Positions 46,292-56,049 of a DNA stretch of 64,000 nt are shown here, piece by piece. Position 1 is the stretch's first letter; every line of letters starts with the position of its first letter. This DNA comes from Methanobacteriota archaeon (GTDB lineage Archaea; Thermoplasmatota; Thermoplasmata; Thermoplasmatales; ARK-15), in contig WSBC01000032.1 in the NCBI GenBank assembly GCA_009758405.1, positions 3,136 through 67,135 on the forward strand. Direction: 5' to 3'. Under the pieces are notes generated by a model, which had not been told where the DNA came from, ran no database searches, and worked only from the letters and a program-made list of their open reading frames with translations. The position numbers and the translations under genes are program-made.

Positions 46292-47009
46292 GATTATTGT
46301 TAAAAGGGCACTTACGAAATCTGGACTCGAAAATGTAAATTATGCTCTCAATCCATATATAGGATGTTCCCACAGATGTATTTATTGCTATTCGCCATAT
46401 GTTCTTAGAATGGATCCTCGGGATTTCTGGAGTAATGTGAAGGCTAAGATAAACGTTCCATTTCTATTACAGGGTGAAATAAAGAAAATAAAGGGAAATG
46501 TGTTTATTGGCAGCGTTACAGATCCGTATCAACCCTGTGAAAAGAAATATGAAATTACTAGGAAATCAATTAAACTACTAATTAATAAAAAAATTTATTT
46601 CAGTATTTTAACAAAATCTGATTTAATTTTAAGAGATCTTGATTTAATAAACAATTATAAAAATGTAGAGGTAGGTTTTACCCTTAACACACTTGATGAA
46701 AATAGCAAAATTAAATTGGAGATAAATTCTCCTCCTCCAGAAAAAATCCTCTATGCAATTTCTAAAATAAGGGTGAAAAAATATGTAATGATAGCCCCTC
46801 TTTATTTAAACATAGATAAAGAGCTCGATGTTATGCTGGAAACATTATCAAAAATGAATGTTGATTATGTCCTTCTTGATAAGTTCAGGTTTAGAGAGGG
46901 AATGCCTGAAAACCTTAAGGAATATTTTTTTAAGGATGAAAACAAAATAAAAGATCTTGCAAGGAGATTGTCCGCAGAAAAAAATATAAAGGTATATTTT
47001 TCTTTTTAA
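46278..47009 (+). CDS. Radical SAM protein, SplB/COG1533-like (DNA-repair photolyase-like)
   Basis: CxxxCxxC cluster motif in NPYIGCSHRCIYCYSP. 243 aa. Overlaps nreA by 14 nt. Confidence 0.8.
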   Translation: MDCTEIIVKRALTKSGLENVNYALNPYIGCSHRCIYCYSPYVLRMDPRDFWSNVKAKINVPFLLQGEIKKIKGNVFIGSVTDPYQPCEKKYEITRKSIKLLINKKIYFSILTKSDLILRDLDLINNYKNVEVGFTLNTLDENSKIKLEINSPPPEKILYAISKIRVKKYVMIAPLYLNIDKELDVMLETLSKMNVDYVLLDKFRFREGMPENLKEYFFKDENKIKDLARRLSAEKNIKVYFSF

Positions 47010-47010
47010 A

Positions 47011-48459
47011 TCACCACCTGCTTATTACCACCTTACTATCGGTGAAAAATAATATATGGTCCAAGCCACCCTGTGGATGAAGATCACCAAAGAAAGAATC
47101 CTTCATTCCAGCAAATGGATAAAATGCAATTGGTGCAGCTACTCCTATGTTCACTCCCACATTCCCAGCCTTTATTCTTTTCACATATTCCCTTGCATAA
47201 TAGCCTGAAGAGGTGTATATTGATGAGGCATTCCCATATCTACTCCTGTTGATCATTTCTATTGCATGATCAAAATTATCTACCTTTATTACGCTCGCAA
47301 CTGGACCAAAAATTTCCTCCCTTGCAATTCTCATATCCTCTGTAACATAATCAAAAACAGTGGGCCCAAGGAAAAATCCATTTGGGTACCTTTCATTTCT
47401 GTACTTTCTACCATCTAGCAATATTTTTGCGCCCTCATTTATACCACTTTCAATGTACTCTTTTACCTTGGATCTATGCTCCTCCCTTATTAATGGTCCC
47501 ATGTCCACATCCTTTTCCATTCCATAACCTATCCTTAGTTCCCGTGCAGCATCTACAAATTTTTTAACCACAGAATCATGGTTTTCCTCAAATGTAACTA
47601 GTACTGCTCCTGCAAGACATCTTTCACCTGCATTTCCAAAGAATGAACCAATAATATTTTTTATATTTTTTTCAAGATCAGCATCAGGCATCACAAGGAT
47701 AAAATTTTTAGCTGATGCACCTGCCTGTACCCTCTTTTTTAGGGAAGTACCCTTTTTGTATACATATTCTGCAACAGGTGTAGAACCAACAAAACTTATC
47801 CCCGCAATTTTTTTATTTTCCAGGATATATTCAACTGCCTCTTTTCCTCCATTTAAAAGCTGTATTACATTATCAGGGAATCCGGCCTTTTTTATTAACT
47901 CCATAGACTTCTCCATACTCAGGGGCGTTTTTTCTGAGGGTTTAACAACAACCGTATTTCCCAAGGCAACTGCATATGGTAAGAACCAGAAGGGTATCAT
48001 TAAGGGAAAATTGAATGGTGATATTATTGCAAATACACCCAATGGCTCCCTTATGAGTTCTTCATCAACACCGGAGGCAATATCCTTATTACTGCTTCCC
48101 ATTATATGATATGTTGCAGCCGCTGCAGATTCGACATTCTGTATTGCCCTGATTGCATCACCCCTTGCCTCCTCAAATGTTTTTCCATGCTCAATAGTGG
48201 TAATTTCTGCAATCTCTTCTATGGAATCCCACATCAATGTTTCAAGTTTAAAAAGTATCTTTACCCTATCAGGTATAGGAATCTCTGACCATTTTTTTTG
48301 TGCATCAAATGCAAGATCCACAGCCCTATCCACCTCATCTCTTTTTGCTTCAGCTACCATAGCTATCTTTTCGCCAAATGCAGGATTATATACAGGGTAT
48401 TTCACTTCACCAGTTGGCTCTTCATAAGCACCATTCACAAAATTCTTCACAATTCTCAT
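47011..48459 (-). CDS. mmsA: Methylmalonate/malonate-semialdehyde dehydrogenase (CoA-acylating ALDH, MmsA/IolA type)
   Basis: SPFNFPLMIPFW, VVKPSEKTP, FGNAGERCLAG (catalytic Cys), EEIFGPV. C-terminal GVNIGVAAPIAFYPFAGMKDSFFGDLH closely resembles IolA/MmsA. Confidence 0.88.
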   Translation of the reverse strand: MRIVKNFVNGAYEEPTGEVKYPVYNPAFGEKIAMVAEAKRDEVDRAVDLAFDAQKKWSEIPIPDRVKILFKLETLMWDSIEEIAEITTIEHGKTFEEARGDAIRAIQNVESAAAATYHIMGSSNKDIASGVDEELIREPLGVFAIISPFNFPLMIPFWFLPYAVALGNTVVVKPSEKTPLSMEKSMELIKKAGFPDNVIQLLNGGKEAVEYILENKKIAGISFVGSTPVAEYVYKKGTSLKKRVQAGASAKNFILVMPDADLEKNIKNIIGSFFGNAGERCLAGAVLVTFEENHDSVVKKFVDAARELRIGYGMEKDVDMGPLIREEHRSKVKEYIESGINEGAKILLDGRKYRNERYPNGFFLGPTVFDYVTEDMRIAREEIFGPVASVIKVDNFDHAIEMINRSRYGNASSIYTSSGYYAREYVKRIKAGNVGVNIGVAAPIAFYPFAGMKDSFFGDLHPQGGLDHILFFTDSKVVISRW

Positions 48460-49814
48460 TTTTTCACCTCCATATCAGAAATTTTTAATGATTCATCAAT
48501 TATATCCAAACCATGAAGCAACTCATCCCTAGAAATTATCAAGGGGGGTGCTATTATGAAATGGTTTATCCATGCGCTTATGTAAACACCATTTTCCATA
48601 GCATTTTTAGCTACTTTATCCGTCATTAAAATATTTCCATAGATTTTATCTTGGTAAGAATTGAATGGAGTTTTTTTATCCCTGTCCTTGACTATTTCAA
48701 CTGCACCGAATAATCCTATGCTCCTTACATCACCTACTGAAATATGGGATTCTTTAATCTCCTCAAGTCTTTTTTTCAAAACCTTACCCAGTTCCCTTGA
48801 ATTTTCTATTAAATTCCTTTCTTTATATTCCCTGATCGCAGCATAGGCTGCTGCCAATGGAACAGGATGCGCCTCATATGTCATACCATGGGCAAAATAA
48901 TTATCCTGGAAAAATTCAGATATTTCGTTGTTCGTGGCCACAAGAGAAAGTGGAATATGGGCACCGGTGATACCCTTAGCAGTCGTCAGTATATCTGGCC
49001 TAATTCCCCAGTTATCCACAGCAAACCATTCACCCGTTCTTCCCCAACCTGACATTACCTCATCCGCAACGAATACTACTCCATTTTCAGATGCAATTTC
49101 TCTCACCCTCCTCAAGTATCCATCTGGTGGTATTATAACACCATTTGTACCCGTGACAGGTTCAAGGAATATTCCTCCAACATTCCCTTCATTCTTTATA
49201 ATATATTCAAGATAATCAGCGCAGGCCAGATTACAATCTGGATACTTCAACTTAAATGGACATCTGTAACAATAGGGTGGTGGTCCATGAATAATATGTG
49301 CCGATGAATAAACATTATCCACAGCAATTCTTCTGAAATCGCCTGTGAGAGAAATGCTTCCCATCGTGCTTCCATGATATGAGTTGTAGTTTGAGATTAT
49401 CTTAACCTTTCCTTCTTTTTTCTTAAAAAGTCTTATAATCTTTATTGCGGCTTCATTAGCATCTGTTCCTGAGCTTCCAAAAAAATATTTAATAAGGTTA
49501 TTCGGTAATATCGATTTAAGCTCCATTGCCACCTTAGCTCTTATTTCAGTTGCAAAAGATGGCTGAATATATTCAACCATTTTCATCTGTTCATTTACTG
49601 CCTCTATGATCCTCTTGTTGGCATGTCCAAGATTGGAGCACATAAGCTGTGATGAAAAATCAAGATATTTCCTTCCTCTCGAGTCTTCAAAATAGCAGTC
49701 ATATGCACGAGTAATTAGGAGCGGTTTCCAACCCATTTGTTTTCTCCAAGTCCCATAGGTGAGGCTGGTTGTAATCTCTGAGAAATCATTATTTTCATAT
49801 ACCTTTTTTTCCAT
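48456..49814 (-). CDS. Class-III (omega) aminotransferase, beta-alanine/aminoisobutyrate:pyruvate-like
   Basis: GSSGTDANEAA, FVADEVMSGWGRTG, TTAKGITG (PLP Lys). ATG 49814 is preferred over the listed TTG 49844. 4-nt overlap with mmsA. Confidence 0.85.
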   Translation of the reverse strand: MEKKVYENNDFSEITTSLTYGTWRKQMGWKPLLITRAYDCYFEDSRGRKYLDFSSQLMCSNLGHANKRIIEAVNEQMKMVEYIQPSFATEIRAKVAMELKSILPNNLIKYFFGSSGTDANEAAIKIIRLFKKKEGKVKIISNYNSYHGSTMGSISLTGDFRRIAVDNVYSSAHIIHGPPPYCYRCPFKLKYPDCNLACADYLEYIIKNEGNVGGIFLEPVTGTNGVIIPPDGYLRRVREIASENGVVFVADEVMSGWGRTGEWFAVDNWGIRPDILTTAKGITGAHIPLSLVATNNEISEFFQDNYFAHGMTYEAHPVPLAAAYAAIREYKERNLIENSRELGKVLKKRLEEIKESHISVGDVRSIGLFGAVEIVKDRDKKTPFNSYQDKIYGNILMTDKVAKNAMENGVYISAWINHFIIAPPLIISRDELLHGLDIIDESLKISDMEVKK

Positions 49815-49904
49815 GGTTAATGTGAATGAAATAAAGTATATCAATTTTCCTAAAAATGGGAAAATTTAGTTTTAAAATTAAAAAATATGGTATTTTATTT
49901 ATTT

Positions 49905-51296
49905 TTAATTCTCATTATTGTACTCTTTTATGGATTCCCTGAGTGCAACGATGAATTTATCCACGTCCTCTTCAGTATGTGCTGTTGATGGAGGTAAGCG
50001 TTCTGCTGCATCGGGGTGATAGTAAATCCCCTTTTCAAGCATTTTTCTTTGAACTCCCTTGTACTTATCCCAGTCCATATTAATGCTATCCCTGTAATTT
50101 CTTATATTCTTAAGTTCTGTAAATGAAAAGGAGAGTATTCCGGTTTCATAATTCACATATATATTTTCGTTGAGCTCTTCTGCCACTTCTTCAATACCCC
50201 TTGCAAGCCTTCTGGTTATCCTTGCAAGATGGCTGTATAATTCAAAATCGTTGGCTTCGAGTATTTTAAGATTTGCAATCGATGCTGCAAGTGAAAGAGG
50301 ATTTGAAAAGTATGTACCCCCATAGCCAACACCATTTCCTATAAGCTCCATGTATTCTTTTTTTCCTGCAATAGCTGCTATGGGATACCCATTACCCAGG
50401 GCCTTTGCCCATGTTGAAAGATCTGGGATGACACCGTATAGTTTTTGTGCACCCCCCTCATTCACCCTGAAGCCTGTTATCACCTCATCGAATATTAGAA
50501 GTATATTGTATTCGTCTGCGAGTTCCCTTACACCTTTTAAATAATCCTTTTCTGGCGTAATTACGGTCGAATTTGCCATTATTGGTTCCATAATAATGGC
50601 TGCTATTTCATTTCCCCTTATCTTTAAGATTTTGCTCAGACTCTCAAGATCGTTCCATGATGCAACTACAACAGTATCCATTACTGCTGAAGGTATGCCC
50701 GCAGAGTATGGTAAGGATTTAGGGAACCATTTTAGCCCTGCCACCGGTGGTGGTGCTTCAACAGATATTGCTGCATAATCATGGAGTCCGTGATAATGTC
50801 CCTCAAATTTCAGTATTTTATCCTTTCCTGTTGCTGCTCTTGCAATTCTTAGTGCATAAAAAGTGGCATCGGATCCGCTCAGCGCAAATATCACCTTGTC
50901 CTGTGTGGTTACAAACTTTTTAAATTTTTTAGCAAGTTTATATTCAAGTTCGTGCGGTGCACCAAAAACACTTCCATCCCTTAAAAATTTTCTTACTGCA
51001 GCGTTTATTTTATCGTTGGCATGGCCATTTATTACAGGGCCAAAGGCCATCAGGAAATCTATATATTCATTTCCATCTACATCCCATATCCTGCTCCCTT
51101 TACCTCCTTTAATGAATATGGGATATGGTTCCCAGGAGCTTGTTCTCATAAGTGAACTTGCTCCTGTGGGTATCAATTTTTTAGATTTTTCATAAAGATA
51201 CTCAGATCTCTTTGTTTCATATTTCTTTCTCGATTCCTGTATCTTTTCTATATTAGTATTTCCATCAGATTCCATAATCACACTTCCTTTACCCAT
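49905..51296 (-). CDS. Class-III aminotransferase, glutamate-1-semialdehyde aminomutase-like paralog A
   Basis: LSGSDATFYALRIARAATGKDKILKFEGHYHG, LIFDEVITGFRV, WAKALGNGYP (Lys), GTYFSNPL. Confidence 0.85.
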   Translation of the reverse strand: MGKGSVIMESDGNTNIEKIQESRKKYETKRSEYLYEKSKKLIPTGASSLMRTSSWEPYPIFIKGGKGSRIWDVDGNEYIDFLMAFGPVINGHANDKINAAVRKFLRDGSVFGAPHELEYKLAKKFKKFVTTQDKVIFALSGSDATFYALRIARAATGKDKILKFEGHYHGLHDYAAISVEAPPPVAGLKWFPKSLPYSAGIPSAVMDTVVVASWNDLESLSKILKIRGNEIAAIIMEPIMANSTVITPEKDYLKGVRELADEYNILLIFDEVITGFRVNEGGAQKLYGVIPDLSTWAKALGNGYPIAAIAGKKEYMELIGNGVGYGGTYFSNPLSLAASIANLKILEANDFELYSHLARITRRLARGIEEVAEELNENIYVNYETGILSFSFTELKNIRNYRDSINMDWDKYKGVQRKMLEKGIYYHPDAAERLPPSTAHTEEDVDKFIVALRESIKEYNNEN

Positions 51297-51454
51297 ATAT
51301 GTATCCCTATTGTTATTTGGGTATATTATTTTTTCTCATTTTTAAAAAATAATATGGAAAAATTTATTCTTAATTAAAATTTAATGGGAATTTTTTTAAT
51401 GTAAAGTTCTAATTCAACAAAATATTTATAAATGAATATTCTTATATCAATTCT

Positions 51455-52606
51455 ATGAAGGTTTCAGTTTTAGGTGGAACGGGAATGACAGGTAGATGTG
51501 CAGTTTATGATCTTATGGAGAATCCAAAGATCGATGAAATAGTCGTAGGTGATATAGTCAAGAATGTAGAATTCAAAGATCCTAGGGTAAAGTACATTAA
51601 ACTCGACGTAAACAACCATGAGGAGATGGTAAGGGCAATAAAAGGTTCTGAGGTAGTAATAAATGGTGTTCAGTATTACCATAATTTAAAGGTAATGAGG
51701 GCCGCACTGGAGGCAAAAACAAACTACATAGATTTTGGAGGTCTATACTACATTACCCTTGAACAATTAAAGATGGACCAGCAATTCAAGGAGGCGGGTC
51801 TCCTTGCAATTATAGGTATGGGGGCACAGCCTGGTATATCAAATATAATGGCCAGCTACGCTGCAAGCAAGCTGGATAAGATTGACTCAATAATCATTAG
51901 GGATGGATGGGTGGACAGGACAAACTATCCGAAGCTATTCTTTACATGGTCTCCAAGTACACTTTTTGATGAATTTACATTAAAGGCAGTTCATTATGAT
52001 GGTGATTTTGTTGAGTCCGACCCTTTTTCTGTATCAGAAGAATATGACTTTGGCGGTGAGGTGGGGAAAATAAGGATCTTCAGGACAGTACATTCCGAAA
52101 TTGCAACAATACCTGTTAGCTTTTCTGAAAAGGGTATAAGGTATGTTGAATGGAGGGAGGGAAGTGCAGACATAGAGAAGTTAAAATTTTTAGCGGACAT
52201 AGGCTTTGGAAAGACAGAAAAAATGAAAATTAATGGTATGGATATAGTTCCAAGAGAATTTTTGTTTCAATTGTTGAAGTCGCAGGGTATGCTTTATCCA
52301 CCTGAAGATCTTCAGATAAAGGATTATGAAATAACAGTAGTTGAGGCCACAGGTATAGATGAAGGAAGATATAAAAATGTTAAAATATCTTCATATTTCA
52401 AATATGATGAAAAATGGAAGGTATCTGCTTCACAAAAGGAGGTGGGAGTTCCAGGTTCCATAGTGGCACAGATGATAATAAGTGGCCAGTTAAGGGGAAA
52501 AGGTGTTAAACCACCTGAACAAATAGTACCACCAAAGCAATTCTTCTCAGAATTGGGAAAAAGGGATATAAAGATAAAAGTAGAAGAAAGGTATGATCTA
52601 AACTGA
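51455..52606 (+). CDS. Saccharopine-dehydrogenase-like NAD(P) oxidoreductase
   Basis: N-terminal Rossmann VSVLGGTGMTGRCAV plus a C-terminal Sacchrp_dh-like domain. 383 aa. Confidence 0.75.
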   Translation: MKVSVLGGTGMTGRCAVYDLMENPKIDEIVVGDIVKNVEFKDPRVKYIKLDVNNHEEMVRAIKGSEVVINGVQYYHNLKVMRAALEAKTNYIDFGGLYYITLEQLKMDQQFKEAGLLAIIGMGAQPGISNIMASYAASKLDKIDSIIIRDGWVDRTNYPKLFFTWSPSTLFDEFTLKAVHYDGDFVESDPFSVSEEYDFGGEVGKIRIFRTVHSEIATIPVSFSEKGIRYVEWREGSADIEKLKFLADIGFGKTEKMKINGMDIVPREFLFQLLKSQGMLYPPEDLQIKDYEITVVEATGIDEGRYKNVKISSYFKYDEKWKVSASQKEVGVPGSIVAQMIISGQLRGKGVKPPEQIVPPKQFFSELGKRDIKIKVEERYDLN

Positions 52607-52612
52607 ATCTAT

Positions 52613-53614
52613 ATGCTAATTTCAATGACAAATGAAATTGAAAGGTCGAAGAACGAAAATCTTCTTGAGGTAAGGAATCTCTCTATTTATTTCGAAACAA
52701 TAGATAAAAAAATAAAAATTTTAAGGGAAATAGATTTATATGTAAAAAGGGGTGAAGTTGTTGGAATAGTGGGTGAAAGTGGATCAGGAAAATCAACGCT
52801 CGCCCAGGCCATTGTGGGTGTTTTAGATTCACCACCTGCCTTTGTTGAAAATGGTGAAATAATCTTTGAAGGTGAGAGAGTTTTTCCAACAAACAAAAAA
52901 TTCAATTACAGAGGTAAAGGGATTAATATGGTGTTTCAGGAGCCTATAGTTTCGCTTAACCCCGTTTATACAGTGAGGAGGCAGATAGAAGAGGCAATGG
53001 ATATAGCCGGGATTGAAAAGGATAAAAAAAATAGGGACGAGATTATTAAAAACGTTTTGAAGGAATTGATGATAAGGGATGTTGAAAAGGTTTTAGAAAG
53101 CTATCCTCATCAGCTCTCGGGTGGAATGAGGCAGAGGGTGGCAATAGCAATTTCAGTCATACAAAGGCCTAAGCTTATAATACTAGATGAACCTACCACA
53201 GGCCTTGATCTTATTGTCCAGAGGCAGATAATGAAGCTATTATTAAATCTAAAAAATGAAATAAATACAAGCATGATACTAATTACTCATGATCTAACAG
53301 TTGCAGCAAATATGTGTGATAGAATATATATTATGTATACAGGAAGGATTGTTGAATCTGGACCCAGGACCAATATAATTAAAGATCCTCTCCATCCATA
53401 CACATGGATGCTATTGAACTCCGTACCAAGAGGTTACAGTGATTCAGGCCCGTTGAAGGTAACTGAAGGATCACCCCCAGACATATCAAATTTACCTCCA
53501 GGCTGTACTTTTCATCCCAGGTGTCCGAGGGTAATGGAAAAATGTAGGAAAGAGGTGCCAAAAATAAGGAAAATGGAAGGTGAAAGGGAGGTAGCTTGTT
53601 GGATTTATGAATAA
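52613..53614 (+). CDS. Oligopeptide/dipeptide ABC transporter ATP-binding protein (OppD/DppD-like)
   Basis: GESGSGKST, LSGGMRQR, LILDEPTTGLD. C-terminal oligo_HPY region (HPYT...CTFHPRCP). Confidence 0.9.
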   Translation: MLISMTNEIERSKNENLLEVRNLSIYFETIDKKIKILREIDLYVKRGEVVGIVGESGSGKSTLAQAIVGVLDSPPAFVENGEIIFEGERVFPTNKKFNYRGKGINMVFQEPIVSLNPVYTVRRQIEEAMDIAGIEKDKKNRDEIIKNVLKELMIRDVEKVLESYPHQLSGGMRQRVAIAISVIQRPKLIILDEPTTGLDLIVQRQIMKLLLNLKNEINTSMILITHDLTVAANMCDRIYIMYTGRIVESGPRTNIIKDPLHPYTWMLLNSVPRGYSDSGPLKVTEGSPPDISNLPPGCTFHPRCPRVMEKCRKEVPKIRKMEGEREVACWIYE

Positions 53615-54587
53615 CAAAATATTAGAGGTAAGAAGTATTAGCGTTAGATTTAAAACAAAAACAAAGTTCAAAATAATTCTAAAGGAAGTAGAAAGGTATA
53701 AGATAGCTGTAGATAATGTATCCTTCGATGTGATGGAGGGGGATACCTTTGGACTCGTTGGTGAAACAGGTTCTGGTAAATCAACAATAGCAAGGACCCT
53801 TGTTGGTATATATAAACCGTTCACAGGAGAGATATACTTTATGGGGAAAAAAATAGATTTTAAAAGAAAAAATGATCTCCTTTATTTAAGAAAAAACATT
53901 GGTATTGTTTTTCAAGATCCTGTGGGTAGCCTAAATCCCAAATTAAAGGTGAGGGAAATAATAAGGGAGGGATTTTCCATTGAAGAAAAATATTCCAAAA
54001 GTGAGCAGGATAAACTAATCGTTGATATTACTAGAAAGGTGGGCCTGGGTGAGAGTAAACTTGATTCATATCCATCTGAGCTAAGTGGTGGTGAAAAACA
54101 GAGAGTAAGTCTCGCAAGGGCCTTGGTAACTCAGAAAAAGATTCTAATTCTTGACGAGCCCACTAGCTCACTGGATGTATCAATACAGGCACAAATATTA
54201 AATCTTCTTAGAAAATTAAAAAGTGATTTCAATCTTACCTATATATTTATTACCCATGATCTCAATGTAATAAGATATATGTGCAATAGAATGGGTGTAT
54301 TATACTATGGGCAGCTTCTTGAAACAGGGAATGTGAAGGAAATTTATGAATCACCCCTTCATCCATATACTGCTGATTTAATGAATGCAAATCTAACATT
54401 AGACTCATCACTTGATTTTACCTCCCAGTATGATATTGGTGAACCATCAAGGAAAGGATGCATTTATAAGAATTCTTGCAAGAAAAGGTTCGAACTATGT
54501 GAAAATCCCCCAAACGATGTAGAATTGGGCGAAAGAAAAGTAAAATGCTGGCTTTACAAAAATATTATTGAAACTCAGAGAATGTGA
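53607..54587 (+). CDS. Oligopeptide/dipeptide ABC transporter ATP-binding protein (OppF/DppF-like)
   Basis: GETGSGKST, LSGGEKQR, LILDEPTSSLD, HPYT. 8-nt overlap with the oppD-like gene. Confidence 0.9.
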   Translation: MNNKILEVRSISVRFKTKTKFKIILKEVERYKIAVDNVSFDVMEGDTFGLVGETGSGKSTIARTLVGIYKPFTGEIYFMGKKIDFKRKNDLLYLRKNIGIVFQDPVGSLNPKLKVREIIREGFSIEEKYSKSEQDKLIVDITRKVGLGESKLDSYPSELSGGEKQRVSLARALVTQKKILILDEPTSSLDVSIQAQILNLLRKLKSDFNLTYIFITHDLNVIRYMCNRMGVLYYGQLLETGNVKEIYESPLHPYTADLMNANLTLDSSLDFTSQYDIGEPSRKGCIYKNSCKKRFELCENPPNDVELGERKVKCWLYKNIIETQRM

Positions 54588-55065
54588 GCCTTAGAGAATC
54601 TGGAAGATCCTCCTTAAGTATTTTTATTACCATTATTGTATCACTTCTTTCGACACCCTCGGTCTTTGTCAATTCATTCACAACATATTCAAGTTCATCC
54701 TTATTTTTAGCCCTGATTAGGGCCACAAAATCATTGCTACCCAGAACAAAGTAAACAGCCCATATACCCCTAATGTTTGCAATTCTTTTTCCCACCTCCT
54801 CTGCATATTCTGGACCGTATTTTGCCTTAATAAGTGAGATTGCAGTAATTTGCTTCTGAATAAATTCCTGGTTTATCAAGGGCATAATGCCTATGAAAAA
54901 ATTAGACATCTTTAGCCTTTTAATCCTGTTATGTACAGTTGATTTAGATAATCCAATCTTTTTTGAAATTAGATTTAGATTTGTATCCTTTAAATCAAAC
55001 ATTGCATTCAAAATCTTTTTATCTATTGGAGTTAACTCTATTTGTTTCTTCTTTTTTGAGGGCAT
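54565..55065 (-). CDS. Lrp/AsnC-family transcriptional regulator (HTH plus RAM)
   Basis: HTH ISKKIGLSKSTVHNRIKRL and a C-terminal RAM domain. 166 aa. Confidence 0.85.
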   Translation of the reverse strand: MPSKKKKQIELTPIDKKILNAMFDLKDTNLNLISKKIGLSKSTVHNRIKRLKMSNFFIGIMPLINQEFIQKQITAISLIKAKYGPEYAEEVGKRIANIRGIWAVYFVLGSNDFVALIRAKNKDELEYVVNELTKTEGVERSDTIMVIKILKEDLPDSLRLTFSEFQ

Positions 55066-55119
55066 ATTTTGGATAATAAAATACTTATTAATAAATTATT
55101 GGGAAAAAAAATTCTAAAA

Positions 55120-56049
55120 TCATCCCTGAACAGGATATTTTTTCATTTTTGCCATCTCTTCAATCCTTTTTCTCCTTGAGATAAGGTGTGTCCTTATGTT
55201 TGGATCTATGATCTCTGCAAGGCCTTCACCAAGGAGGCTGAATCCCATTACAATTAAAAATATAAAAAGTGAGGGTATAAGACCTTCGAGCGGATATACA
55301 AAGAAGTTTGTTGATAGTATTGAGGCCATCATACCAAGTTCTGGCGTTGTAACGGGAATCCCAATTCCAAGGAAGCCAAGGGTGGATAGTTCCAGCATTG
55401 CAGTTCCAACGTCCATTGTTGCATAAATTAAAAGGGTAGTGATTATATTTGGCAAGATACCTTTAATGAGTATTCTAATGAAGGGCGTATTAAGTACCTT
55501 AGACATTGTAATAAAATCCTGTGCAGAAATCTGAAGAGTATTCCCCCTTACCAGTCTAACATAAGGGGGCCACCATACCACCACAAGTGAGATGAGTGCA
55601 TTTGTCAAACTGGGGCCAAGTGTTGCAGCTATAGCCATTGGTAATATTAAGGGTGGAAAGGCGAGAAAAAGATCCGTTGCCCTCATAATTATTTCTTCAA
55701 TAAATCCTCTGAAATATCCCGCTATTACTCCCAAAAATAGGCCAATAAGGGCCGAAATTGCCACAATTAAGAGTGACATACCAATATCTATGGGCAATGC
55801 GGCTATAATCCTGGAAAAAATATCCCTTCCTAGGTTATCTGTGCCAAATATGTGTGTAGGAGATGGTGGCATATTTGTTTCATAAAGATTTACCTCGTAT
55901 GGATTGTAGGGCAGCATTGAATTACCAATTACAGAATAGGCAATTGTTATAACTATGAAGGATATTACTATTATAAAACCTGCTGCAGAAAGACCGTTGG
56001 AAAAAATTATACCTAATGCCTTTTTTAGTGGGTTCAAATCATTCACCAC
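55120..56049 (-). CDS. Peptide ABC transporter permease (OppC/DppC-like)
   Basis: 6 TM. N-terminal FGTDNLGRDIFSR motif and an EAA-like loop. Confidence 0.85.
   Translation of the reverse strand: MVNDLNPLKKALGIIFSNGLSAAGFIIVISFIVITIAYSVIGNSMLPYNPYEVNLYETNMPPSPTHIFGTDNLGRDIFSRIIAALPIDIGMSLLIVAISALIGLFLGVIAGYFRGFIEEIIMRATDLFLAFPPLILPMAIAATLGPSLTNALISLVVVWWPPYVRLVRGNTLQISAQDFITMSKVLNTPFIRILIKGILPNIITTLLIYATMDVGTAMLELSTLGFLGIGIPVTTPELGMMASILSTNFFVYPLEGLIPSLFIFLIVMGFSLLGEGLAEIIDPNIRTHLISRRKRIEEMAKMKKYPVQG

Noticed and set aside
47382-48516. Multiple 60-117-aa plus-strand ORFs opposite the mmsA-type gene. Similar sets occur opposite srp54 (8149-8496) and the aminotransferases (48661-49215, 50350-51195).
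   Set aside because: They are antisense frame shadows within confidently assigned genes and have no independent signals.
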